A stretch of DNA of 64,000 nt from Clostridia bacterium. GTDB lineage: Bacteria > Bacillota > Clostridia > TANB77 > CAG-508. Positions 1 through 9,214 of the stretch are shown here, piece by piece (within the stretch, counting starts at the first letter, position 1; every line of letters begins with the position of its first letter). The stretch lies in the NCBI GenBank assembly GCA_017429505.1, contig JAFROW010000008.1, positions 503 to 64,502 of the forward strand, written 5' to 3'. The notes below the pieces were generated by a model. That model was not told where the DNA came from and did no database searches. It saw only the letters and a program-made list of their open reading frames with translations. The position numbers and the translations under genes were made by a program.

Positions 1-2823
1 TCTTATTTTATTTATCATTTTTTGCAATTCTATTATTATAATAGGAAGTAAAGAAATTGCTATAGTATAAATCCATTGTATTTTGTTTAATGAAACCAAT
101 TCAAAAATCCTTGCTAAATAAGGTACAACGACAACAACTATCTGCAAAAAGGTTCCTGCAAAAAAGCTTCCTATTAAATACTTATTTTCAAAAATGCCTG
201 TTTTAAAAATTGATTCATCAGTTTTTATATTAAAGCTATGTACAAGTTCTAATAGTCCCAAAGATACAAATGCCATTGTTCTTCCAACTTGAACTCCGTA
301 ATATTTGTTACCTAATGCAAAAGCAAAAAGAGTTAGACTTCCAAGCATTATTCCTTCTGTTATTATTTTGTACCATAATCCTCCTGCAAAAATGCTTTCT
401 TTTGAATTTCTAGGTTTTCTTTCCATTATTCCATTTTCTTCTTTTTCTAGTCCTAGTGCAATTGCGGGGAATGAATCTGTAACTAAGTTAATCCATAATA
501 ACTGAATTGCAAGTAAGGGAGTTTCAAGTCCTAATAATAATCCTATAAATATTGTAACAATTTCACCAATATTTGTTGCTATTAAAAAATGTATTGCTTT
601 TTTTATGTTGTCATAAATATTTCTTCCTTGCCTTACCGCTTCTACTATTGTTACAAAATTATCATCTACCAAAATCATATCTGCTGCATTTTTTGCAACA
701 TCTGTTCCAGATTTACCCATTGCAATTCCTATATCTGCATTTTTAAGTGCAGGACTGTCATTTACTCCATCTCCTGTCATTGCAACTACTGCTCCTGTTT
801 TTTGCCATGCTTTTACTATCCTAACTTTATGTTCAGGTGTAACCCTTGCAAATACTGAATATTTATTTATATTTTTTTCTAAACTTATATTAGAAATCTT
901 GTCTAATTCTTTTCCTGTAATTGCTTCATCACCTACATTTAAAATTCCTATCTCTTTTGCGATTGCTTTTGCAGTTGCAATATGGTCACCTGTAATCATT
1001 ACAGTTTTTATACCAGCTTTTTTGCAAGTTTGTACCGCTTCTTTAACTCCCTCTCTTGGAGGATCTATCATTCCAATAAGACCAACAAATATTAAATCCG
1101 TGTTGACAGGGACCGGTTCTTTATCAGCACGCTCTTGATTTGTGTTTGACTCTTTTAGGCTGAAATCTACTGTTTTGCTTATTTTTTTCTCATCTTTATA
1201 TGCTACCGCTAGAACTCGTAAAGCATTATTTGCCATATTAAAATTTTCTTGTTTTATTTTATTTCTTTGCATATTTGTTATAGTTTGAATCTTTCCATTA
1301 ACAAGAATTCTTGAACATTTTTCTATTAATACATCAGGAGCTCCTTTTGTAATTATCCTATATGTTGAAGTTGAACTTTCTTCATTTATCTGAATTGCTT
1401 GTTGACCATTTATGTAATTATTATCATTTATCATTTGTTGATGATTATTATTATAGTTATTCATTGTATCTGGGTTATTAGAAAAATTTAAATTATTATC
1501 TCTTTCAAAAAAATCGCTTTTATAAAAAAAACTATTAGAGCCACTGTTATTTTCAAGTTTATGTATAGTTGTCATCATTTTTACTGATGAATCAAACGGG
1601 ATTTCATCTACTCTTGGCATTTTTCTGTACAAGTCTACCTTGTTAATATTTTCATCTAATGCTTTATTTACAATAGCAAGTTCTGTAGCTTCTCCTGTTG
1701 CAATAGGAATCCCATTTTCTTCTTGTATTAGGCAATCTGTACACATTGAGCCAAGTTCAAGTAGAAATTTTTCATTATCACTAAAAGTTTTTACGACTGT
1801 CATTTTGTTTTGTGTAAGTGTTCCGGTTTTGTCTGAACAAATTACAGAACTACTTCCCAAAGTCTCTACTGCAGGAAGCCTTCTTATAATACTATTCTTT
1901 CTCGCCATTTTTGTAACACCTATTGAAAGCATTATTGTAACTATTGCTGGAAGTCCCTCAGGTATTGCTGCAACTGCAAGTCCTACAGATGTCATAAACA
2001 TTTCTATTGGCTCGATTTTTTTAAGTATTCCTATTATAAATATAATTGCACAAATTCCTAAACATACTAGTCCTAAAATTTTTCCAACTTCTGAAAGCTT
2101 CTTTTGTATTGGAGTTTCAGGTGCTTCTTCTTTTATTATCATATTTGCAATTTGTCCAATTTTTGTGTCCATTCCTGTTTCTGTAACTATAGCTTTTCCA
2201 TGTCCATGAGTTACAATTGTTGTCATAAATGCCATGTTTTTAAGATCTGCTAGAGTGATATTTTTTTCATGTAATATATTGTCAGTTTTGGTTACAGGTT
2301 CTGTCTCACCTGTAAGACTTGATTCTTCTATTTTCAAATTATAGCTTTCTATTATTCTGCAATCTGCTGGCACATATTTTCCATCTTCTAATTCTATAAT
2401 ATCTCCTGGAACAAGCTCTTCTGCGATGACTTCTTCTGTTTTTCCATCACGTATTACTTTTGCCATTTCAGGAGTCATCTTTTTTAAACTCTCTATTGAT
2501 TTTTCTGCTCTTTCTTCCTGAACTAGTCCCATTATTGCATTTAAAATAACAATTGCAATTATAATTATAGAATCAAAATAATCATTTTCTCCTTGCATTT
2601 TTGAAACTAACGTAGATACTATTGAAGCTATAATTAAAATAATTATCATAAAATCATTGAATTGTTTTATAAATTTTATAAAAATTGACTCTTTCTTTTG
2701 CTCGTCCAATTTGTTTTTGCCAAATTCTATTTTTCTTTTTTCTACTTCTGATTCTGCTAGTCCAATTCTCGTGTTTGTTTTTAGTTTTCTTGCAACTTCT
2801 TCTGTGCTTTGTTCATACCACAT
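1..2823 (-). CDS. Cation-transporting P-type ATPase (type IIA, Ca2+-type); 3' end runs off the window start
   Basis: Absent from the ORF track because its stop lies outside the window. Reading minus from ATG at 2823 gives TGE, PEGL, CSDKTGTLT, KGAPD, MITGD and AMTGDGVNDSPAL motifs; SD GGAG upstream. Confidence 0.95.
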   Translation of the reverse strand, partial: MWYEQSTEEVARKLKTNTRIGLAESEVEKRKIEFGKNKLDEQKKESIFIKFIKQFNDFMIIILIIASIVSTLVSKMQGENDYFDSIIIIAIVILNAIMGLVQEERAEKSIESLKKMTPEMAKVIRDGKTEEVIAEELVPGDIIELEDGKYVPADCRIIESYNLKIEESSLTGETEPVTKTDNILHEKNITLADLKNMAFMTTIVTHGHGKAIVTETGMDTKIGQIANMIIKEEAPETPIQKKLSEVGKILGLVCLGICAIIFIIGILKKIEPIEMFMTSVGLAVAAIPEGLPAIVTIMLSIGVTKMARKNSIIRRLPAVETLGSSSVICSDKTGTLTQNKMTVVKTFSDNEKFLLELGSMCTDCLIQEENGIPIATGEATELAIVNKALDENINKVDLYRKMPRVDEIPFDSSVKMMTTIHKLENNSGSNSFFYKSDFFERDNNLNFSNNPDTMNNYNNNHQQMINDNNYINGQQAIQINEESSTSTYRIITKGAPDVLIEKCSRILVNGKIQTITNMQRNKIKQENFNMANNALRVLAVAYKDEKKISKTVDFSLKESNTNQERADKEPVPVNTDLIFVGLIGMIDPPREGVKEAVQTCKKAGIKTVMITGDHIATAKAIAKEIGILNVGDEAITGKELDKISNISLEKNINKYSVFARVTPEHKVRIVKAWQKTGAVVAMTGDGVNDSPALKNADIGIAMGKSGTDVAKNAADMILVDDNFVTIVEAVRQGRNIYDNIKKAIHFLIATNIGEIVTIFIGLLLGLETPLLAIQLLWINLVTDSFPAIALGLEKEENGIMERKPRNSKESIFAGGLWYKIITEGIMLGSLTLFAFALGNKYYGVQVGRTMAFVSLGLLELVHSFNIKTDESIFKTGIFENKYLIGSFFAGTFLQIVVVVVPYLARIFELVSLNKIQWIYTIAISLLPIIIIELQKMINKIR

Positions 2824-2988
2824 AATATCAACTCCTCTTTTGGTCTCTATATAATATATATGCGGTGGGAGTTGAAATTATAACTAAAAAAATCCACGTC
2901 GTGAAGTTACGTGGATTCATTATTTTATTCTTAGTATTTTACCATGGGCTGATAAAAATATATCTGACTAAATTTAATCAAACTTAAT

Positions 2989-3017
2989 TTGACATAAAGT
3001 CTTAAAAATGGTATAAT
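2989..3017 (+). promoter_or_regulatory. Sigma-A promoter for the 3086 gene
   Basis: TTGACA-17 bp-TATAAT with extended TG. Confidence 0.8.
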
Positions 3018-3085
3018 GTTATTGTTATGATAATATACATTTTCAGAAATCACCTATAACGAAGAGAAAAATCAAGGAGGATATT

Positions 3086-3406
3086 ATGCGGAAACGGAAA
3101 TGGTTTATTATGATAGTAATATTATTGTTCTGTTCTATTCTTTGTTCTTGTTCCGATCCAAACTATGTATATTCTGAAGATTGGTATGAGACTGAAGCGA
3201 CATTATTGGAAAAATATCAAGAAGTAAACAAAAATGGACACATAGTAAATATTTTTAAAATTGAAATTGAGGAGGAAGAATTAAAATTCGAAGTAAGCAC
3301 TGCAATGTATGTTTCATATCATAAAAAAGATAAATTAAATATAACCATACATAAAGAATTTAATTCTCAAGGAACCTTAATCGGTATCTACTATTACCTT
3401 GATTAA
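3086..3406 (+). CDS. Small hypothetical lipoprotein
   Basis: SD AAGGAGG; basic N-terminus, hydrophobic stretch, lipobox-like LCSC; own promoter and terminator. Confidence 0.75.
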   Translation: MRKRKWFIMIVILLFCSILCSCSDPNYVYSEDWYETEATLLEKYQEVNKNGHIVNIFKIEIEEEELKFEVSTAMYVSYHKKDKLNITIHKEFNSQGTLIGIYYYLD

Positions 3407-3412
3407 AACTAA

Positions 3413-3460
3413 GCGCATACGAGCAAATCTATTTTGCCTCGTATGCGCACTTTCCTTTTT
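3413..3460 (+). terminator. Rho-independent terminator
   Basis: GCGCATACGAG...CTCGTATGCGC stem followed by a T-rich tract. Confidence 0.8.
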
Positions 3461-3489
3461 GTGAGCATAACCATATGATTATTTAGCCA

Positions 3490-3700
3490 CAAATATATTT
3501 ATTTTTAAAACAAATTTCTACGCACCCCTATTTTTGGCACTAGCATGAGAATTGATCGTAACCCATTTTAAGCATGTTTTTAGTTTTAAATAAAGTTTTA
3601 TTTATAAATAACGTTTATTATTAAATTTCATAAGTTTTAGATGTATTTATATACTATGTTTCTTACCTTTTGTTTGGTCTCGATTTTTGCGTAGAAATTT
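3490..3700. repeat. Dispersed repeat copy with inverted AAATTTCTACGCA motifs
   Basis: Perfect 13-bp inverted pair at 3512-3524 and 3688-3700; 3490-3575 resembles the reverse complement of about 27860-27950. Confidence 0.65.
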
Positions 3701-3798
3701 ATATATAGAAAAATAGTATTTATTATAAATTAAGTAAATAAATAAATTTTCACTAAATTCAGTTAAGATTATTTTAAACATAATATAATTTGAATTTT

Positions 3799-4110
3799 AT
3801 GTAAATTTATGGTATAATAATAATTCTGTCTTTGGCTACATGTGGTACATCTTCAAATAAAACTGACAATGCTACTAATGACGTTGAAAATGACGTTGAA
3901 TTTGATGGTTTCACAGCCATAGCTGGAACAAAAAATTTGTTCTATGCTGACGACACCAAAGTAATCTACTATATATTTTCAAGAACAGAATGCCCTTGTG
4001 GCTATCAGGGATATGGCTATGGGTACTGTGCAGAGTATATCAGTATAAATGGTCATCACTGCAGATACATTGATGGACGAATTGTAGAAGTTAACGATAC
4101 CGACAATTAA
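3799..4110 (+). pseudogene. 5'-damaged lipoprotein gene
   Basis: In-frame M*IYGIIIILSLATCG: hydrophobic stretch and lipobox LATC, but TAA at codon 2 and no SD; the rest is an intact 92-codon frame. Confidence 0.5.
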
Positions 4111-4447
4111 TATACATCAACTCACAGAAGGGAGAAGTTCAATGTGGGTTACTGAGATGAAAATGAGAGTGCTTTGTCATGGATATTGGCATCATACGGG
4201 GAAGACCCGTTTTTTAGTCAATAAAAACGGCGATTGCATCACTCTCTATTGGATCGAAATGGTCTAAAAGCCATTAGACCAAGAGAGTGCAAAAACAGCA
4301 GAGTTAGGATTTGTTTCCTCCTCTGCCGTTTTTCTTATTACGTAACATTTTGACATTTTATTCAGCGATATTTTTTCATTCCTTGATTTTTCCATATTTC
4401 ATTCCGTTATTTTTCGGCATTTAATTCCGCATCGCATAGTCTTGCCT

Positions 4448-6949
4448 TTACACAATCTCCGGATTATCTTTCACAATTTTCCTTACAATATCATCATCCA
4501 TTTCAAATGGAACAACGTATCCTTCAAGGTTTCTTGCTTTTTGAGCCAAATTTTGATTTTCGTTATTTACATAAATAGAAGCTTTTCCTTTTCCGTTTTT
4601 TGCTTCTTGAACCAAATTTGAAACTGGTGAATTGCCATCAAATGCAATTACAATTGATTTTATTCTTTCAAAAATTTCGTAGTTAAAGCTTTTATAAATT
4701 CCTGAACTATCGCTGTCTATTGATATAGCAAGTCCTGTAATTCCTGAATTTAAGATTCTTTCCTTTACTTCTTTTGTAAGCATTTTCGGAATTATTGCAT
4801 AAATGTCAAATTTTTTCTTTTGTCTTTTGCAAATCTCTATTATTTCTTTCTCATATCCTCTCATAGAATGACCTATTACAAAATATACTTTTTTAGGATT
4901 TGTTTCTCTTACTAATTTTTCTAAAATCTCTATGCCACCTTCTTCAACATTAGTGTGAATTCCTCTAGCATTAAAACTTCCTCCTGCTATAACTATTGGA
5001 ACTTTGTCAAGTGGAATTGGTTTTATCATATCTTTTAGATATTTAGAAGCAGAAACTTTGTCTGTAAGTCTCCATTTAATATGTACCCCTTGGCTTTCTT
5101 TTTCATATTTTTCTTCTAATTCTAACATAACATCTCTTAAATTTCTTCCATTTAAAAGCTTTTCGAATTTTCTACTCTTTTCTTCAAAATATTCATCTGC
5201 TTGCTTTAAAATTTCTTTTTCTACTTCTCTCATTTTTGCAAAGTCATCATCTGTTAATCCTAAAATATTTTGAAGTGCAAGTTGCTCATCTATTGTGTCT
5301 ATTCCATAAAATCCACATCCATCCGTTCCTTGAACACATTTAATGCCATGTTTTAAATATTTTTTTAGTGGATGCTTTGAAATTTTACTTAAATTATTTA
5401 GCCTTATATTTGATGTTATTTGGAATTCCATTACAGCTTCCGCATCCTTAATCGCCTCTATTAATTTAAGACCATCTTCAGAATCAAGTTCAGGTGTATA
5501 AAGCCCATGACCAATCCTAAGTTTTGGCATTTGTTGACCTTCTGCCAATGAGTCTTTAACACATTTAATAGAGTTATATACATTATCTTTAAGGCTGTCA
5601 TTTTCTCCAGCATGAATTCTAATTGTAAATCCCTTGTCTGTTGTTCTTATATATTTTACAATTTCATTTATAACAGGTTGTAACTCAGAAATATCGTTTA
5701 TCTCTTCTCCAATGAAATCTGAACCTACAACATAAGGGCTTCTTCCAACCGCTTTTAAAACATTTATGTTTTCTCTTAAATAATCAACATTATTTTCTGC
5801 GTCTTCTACAATTGTTAAAGGAATTCTTCTTATTGCAAACAAAAATCTAATTTTAACTCCGGTTTCTTTTTCAATGTCTGGCATAACTCTATGGATTTCT
5901 TCCAAAAATTCTATAGCCGGAAGTCCTGGCTTTGCAAGTGTTGTATCTGCAATTTCTACGTATTTTATACCTTGTTTTTTATATTCTCTTGCAATCCAAA
6001 GCATTTTATCTTCTCTTAGATTATAGTCTTTGAACTTGCTATCTTCTTTTAAATCTTTTAGCATTGTCAAAACTATTTGTCTAATTTCTGGAATACTGAT
6101 TTTTTCAATTTTATCAAGTTCTTCTTCTAAGTTTAATTTTTCTTCACTTTCAATTCCTCTTGCAAATACATAACGATATAAATAAAGCTTTTCAAGATTT
6201 GTAAAAACTGCCTGACCATCTTTAAGAATTACAAGGCTTGTTCTAATTTTCTCTAAGTTCTCTTTACAATTCTCTATATTATTTAACACAAAATCCGCAA
6301 AATTTATAAATGTATTATCATCTATTTTTCTATTTAAAAGTTTTTCTGATAAATTACTATCTTTATATTTTTCTGAAACTCTTTCTCTTTGTGCAAATAT
6401 CTTTTCTTCTTGTTCTTTAGACATTTTAAGTCCAAGCTTTTTTATGTAATATAGAGGATATTTTATTTGATGTTTAATGCCTAAAGCAATTAAAGCATCA
6501 GGTGAAAGATTTGCATTCATGTGAGTATGTAAGTCTGTTCTAAACTTTAATTTTTTTAAAATAAAAGATTTAACAATTGTTTTTTCTATTGGAAATTTGT
6601 AGTCTTTGGTCTGTGACATCAAAGTCTTTGCAATTGCCGGTATTTGTCCATTTAACTGTACACCTTTGTCATCAAAAATATTTGCAATCTTATATCCACC
6701 AAGTTTAAAAATATATACATCTTCATTTTTGGCATTAATACTTGCAGGAATTTTGCCTGTAATAATTTTAAGCCCCTTTTCATTTTCTGTAGTTTCTACT
6801 CCACAAATTCTTGCTAAATTTGAAATCAAGTTTCCTGAATTATGATTTGGCGTTTCTATTACATAAGTCAATTCGTCTTCTCCTGATACATACAAATTAA
6901 TAACAATATCTCTTTCTTTATCTAAATAAAAAGTTGTAAAATATTCCAT
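4448..6949 (-). CDS. Large adenosine/AMP deaminase-family protein with an extra C-terminal Rossmann-like domain
   Basis: DLHTH, IRIHAGE, RIGHG and GTDG metal-binding motifs of the amidohydrolase barrel; SD GGAGG. Confidence 0.85.
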   Translation of the reverse strand: MEYFTTFYLDKERDIVINLYVSGEDELTYVIETPNHNSGNLISNLARICGVETTENEKGLKIITGKIPASINAKNEDVYIFKLGGYKIANIFDDKGVQLNGQIPAIAKTLMSQTKDYKFPIEKTIVKSFILKKLKFRTDLHTHMNANLSPDALIALGIKHQIKYPLYYIKKLGLKMSKEQEEKIFAQRERVSEKYKDSNLSEKLLNRKIDDNTFINFADFVLNNIENCKENLEKIRTSLVILKDGQAVFTNLEKLYLYRYVFARGIESEEKLNLEEELDKIEKISIPEIRQIVLTMLKDLKEDSKFKDYNLREDKMLWIAREYKKQGIKYVEIADTTLAKPGLPAIEFLEEIHRVMPDIEKETGVKIRFLFAIRRIPLTIVEDAENNVDYLRENINVLKAVGRSPYVVGSDFIGEEINDISELQPVINEIVKYIRTTDKGFTIRIHAGENDSLKDNVYNSIKCVKDSLAEGQQMPKLRIGHGLYTPELDSEDGLKLIEAIKDAEAVMEFQITSNIRLNNLSKISKHPLKKYLKHGIKCVQGTDGCGFYGIDTIDEQLALQNILGLTDDDFAKMREVEKEILKQADEYFEEKSRKFEKLLNGRNLRDVMLELEEKYEKESQGVHIKWRLTDKVSASKYLKDMIKPIPLDKVPIVIAGGSFNARGIHTNVEEGGIEILEKLVRETNPKKVYFVIGHSMRGYEKEIIEICKRQKKKFDIYAIIPKMLTKEVKERILNSGITGLAISIDSDSSGIYKSFNYEIFERIKSIVIAFDGNSPVSNLVQEAKNGKGKASIYVNNENQNLAQKARNLEGYVVPFEMDDDIVRKIVKDNPEIV

Positions 6950-7184
6950 ATTTACCTCCCTTTTTTAAAATATTTGTCTTCAAATATTCTCTAAAACCTT
7001 AAACTAAATCAAAAGTGAATTATTTTTCTGTCCCCAAACTCACTTTTAGGAACAAATCGGAACGCATAAAATTTAGGTTGTTAAGATTGTCAGCACTTTA
7101 ACGTAACTTTAAAAACCTTGATTATTAGAGCGTTCCGTAAATTTCTTCTTGTGCGAATTCACGCATAGAATTTCTGCACATCGT

Positions 7185-7227
7185 GCTTTTTATAAAAGGA
7201 AAGTATAACTTTCCTTTTATAAAAAGC
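7185..7227. terminator. 20-bp perfect hairpin downstream of tRNA-Met
   Basis: GCTTTTTATAAAAGGAAAGT-ATA-ACTTTCCTTTTATAAAAAGC. Confidence 0.6.
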
Positions 7228-7272
7228 CATATATTATATTGATGTCTCAATACATATATGACTTCTTTGTTT

Positions 7273-7349
7273 TGGTAGCGATGGTGGGACTTGAACCTAC
7301 GACCTGCCGGGTATGAACCGGATGCTCTAGCCAGCTGAGCTACATCGCC
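7273..7349 (-). tRNA. tRNA-Met (CAT), elongator type
   Basis: GGCGATGTAGCTCAGCTGGCTAGAGCATCCGGTTCATACCCGG...GGTTCAAGTCC...CGCTACCA; cloverleaf with encoded CCA; resembles Bacillota elongator tRNA-Met. Confidence 0.95.
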
Positions 7350-7364
7350 ATTTCAATAATAACT

Positions 7365-7393
7365 ATTATACATTGTTATTCCCGAATTGTCAA
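7365..7393 (-). promoter_or_regulatory. Sigma-A promoter of tRNA-Met
   Basis: TTGACA-17-TATAAT on the minus strand, 15 nt before the tRNA. Confidence 0.85.
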
Positions 7394-7412
7394 GGGGTTA
7401 TACGTAAAAAAT

Positions 7413-8309
7413 TTAAAAATCCACATTCCATTTTGGCACATATTCTTCTTCATGCTCTCCAAGTTCTTGAATAAATCCATTTTCAATCTCTATTTCTTGA
7501 ACAAAATCTTCAATTTCTTGCCACTCATCTTGTAAAAGTTTTCTATTTAACCTATCATCTTCTTTTGCCTTATATGCAGGAAAATATTGTGCCATAATGC
7601 TTACATATATATCACTTGGTAAATTATTTTTTATCCATTTAAAAACTTTTTTGCTATTTTCTATGTAATTTGGCAAAACTAAATGGCGAATTAAAACTCC
7701 TTTTTCCATAATACCATTCGAGTTGAATTTTGGTGCACCTACTTGTTTTACCATTTCTTTTATTGCTTCTGTTGCTATTTCAAAATAATTATTTACTTTT
7801 GAATATTTTAAAGCTAAATCATTTTCTGCATATTTTAGATCAGGCAAATATATGTCTACATAGCCATCTAAAGCCTTTATTGTCTCTACATTTTCATATC
7901 CATTTGTATTATATACAATCGGGATTTTTAATCCATTTTTTCTTGCTATTTTTATTGCTTCAATTATCTGAAATGCATAGCTTGTAGGAGTTACAAGATT
8001 TATATTTTCTACATTTTTTTCTTGCTGTTTTAAAAAAATTTCAGCTAAGTTTTCTATAGTAATTTCTTTTCCTTTTCCAAGTTGACTAATTTCGTAATTT
8101 TGGCAAAAAATACAATTCATATTGCAGTTCGAAAAAAATATAGTACCTGAGCCCCCGTTTCCACTTATACAAGGCTCTTCAAAATCATGTGTACTATATA
8201 ATGCAATTTTTATTGTATCTTTTGATTTGCATCTTCCTATTTTATTTTTGTTTCTATTAATACCACATTTGTGAGGACATATCTCACATTTTTCTAATTG
8301 TTTTATCAT
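7413..8309 (-). CDS. pflX: Radical SAM protein, PflX family
   Basis: N-terminal CEICPHKC, EEPCISG, CNMNCIFCQN radical SAM motif, RHLVLP. Confidence 0.88.
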   Translation of the reverse strand: MIKQLEKCEICPHKCGINRNKNKIGRCKSKDTIKIALYSTHDFEEPCISGNGGSGTIFFSNCNMNCIFCQNYEISQLGKGKEITIENLAEIFLKQQEKNVENINLVTPTSYAFQIIEAIKIARKNGLKIPIVYNTNGYENVETIKALDGYVDIYLPDLKYAENDLALKYSKVNNYFEIATEAIKEMVKQVGAPKFNSNGIMEKGVLIRHLVLPNYIENSKKVFKWIKNNLPSDIYVSIMAQYFPAYKAKEDDRLNRKLLQDEWQEIEDFVQEIEIENGFIQELGEHEEEYVPKWNVDF

Positions 8310-8395
8310 TTTTATTCCTCTTTATACTATTAATTTATATAAACAAATTCAATTTCATAATCAGGTGACTTTTTCCTCCGTCCCAAAAATAAACC

Positions 8396-9079
8396 TCATA
8401 GTACATACAAAATTATACACAAAAATTGTAAAAGACTTGCTAAGCAAATACAAAGATGAAATACGGAATGCATATATTTTACTTTAACTCCAACTCCATA
8501 AAGAATTGCTCCTAAAGTATAGACTACTCCACCTAATACTAATAAAATAAATCCTTTTACTCCAAGTAATGTAGGTAATATATTTATTTTTACTATAATG
8601 CACCATCCCATAACTAAATAACATATCATTGAAAATACTTTGTATCTTTTTAAATCTATTGCATTTAAAGTAATTCCTATTATTGCCATTGTCCAAGTTA
8701 CTCCAAAAATCGCCCATCCAACTGTTGGGTTATACTCTCTTAATGTGCATAATGCAAATGGTGTGTATGTTCCTGCAATTAGTAAAAAGATTGAACAATG
8801 GTCTAATATTTGAAATACTTTTTTTGCTTTTAAATGTGGGTGCAATCCATGATAAATACTTGACATTGTATAAAGTAAAATCATTGTAATTCCATAAATA
8901 ATACTACTTATAACTCCATAAAAATTGTGCCTTATTATAGAAAATATAATACATAATATTAATGCAATTACTCCAAATCCTGCGCCTACAATATGTGATG
9001 TCATATTAAATATTTCTTCACCTTTTGTATATGTTGGCAAAATTCTATCATCTAAATTTATTCTCTTCATAAATATCAT
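8396..9079 (-). CDS. Hemolysin III / PAQR family membrane protein
   Basis: EEIFNMTSH, SSIYH, DHCSIFLLIAGTYTP and H-x3-H motifs; about 7 TM segments. Confidence 0.92.
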   Translation of the reverse strand: MIFMKRINLDDRILPTYTKGEEIFNMTSHIVGAGFGVIALILCIIFSIIRHNFYGVISSIIYGITMILLYTMSSIYHGLHPHLKAKKVFQILDHCSIFLLIAGTYTPFALCTLREYNPTVGWAIFGVTWTMAIIGITLNAIDLKRYKVFSMICYLVMGWCIIVKINILPTLLGVKGFILLVLGGVVYTLGAILYGVGVKVKYMHSVFHLCICLASLLQFLCIILYVL

Positions 9080-9214
9080 CTCCTGTATCTAGTTTTTTTT
9101 ACTATATCATCTAGTTTATAATATGTCAATGATATTTATTCAAAATTTATATTTTAGACTTGATAGTCATTTTCATTAATTTGGTTACCAAATCAATATT
9201 TAAGTATATAATAA

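Noticed and set aside
305-2854. Plus-strand ORFs 305, 589, 899, 1640 and 2657
   Set aside because: Antisense shadows of the P-type ATPase. The same applies to the other short plus-strand ORFs overlapping long minus-strand genes.
2920-2970. Remnant 3' end of a deleted gene (SDIFLSAHGKILRIK*)
   Set aside because: Only 15 codons; not enough to assign.
7273-7349. tRNA-Ile2 or initiator tRNA-fMet
   Set aside because: The 1:72 pair is G-C, the anticodon stem lacks three consecutive G-C pairs, and the sequence resembles elongator tRNA-Met.
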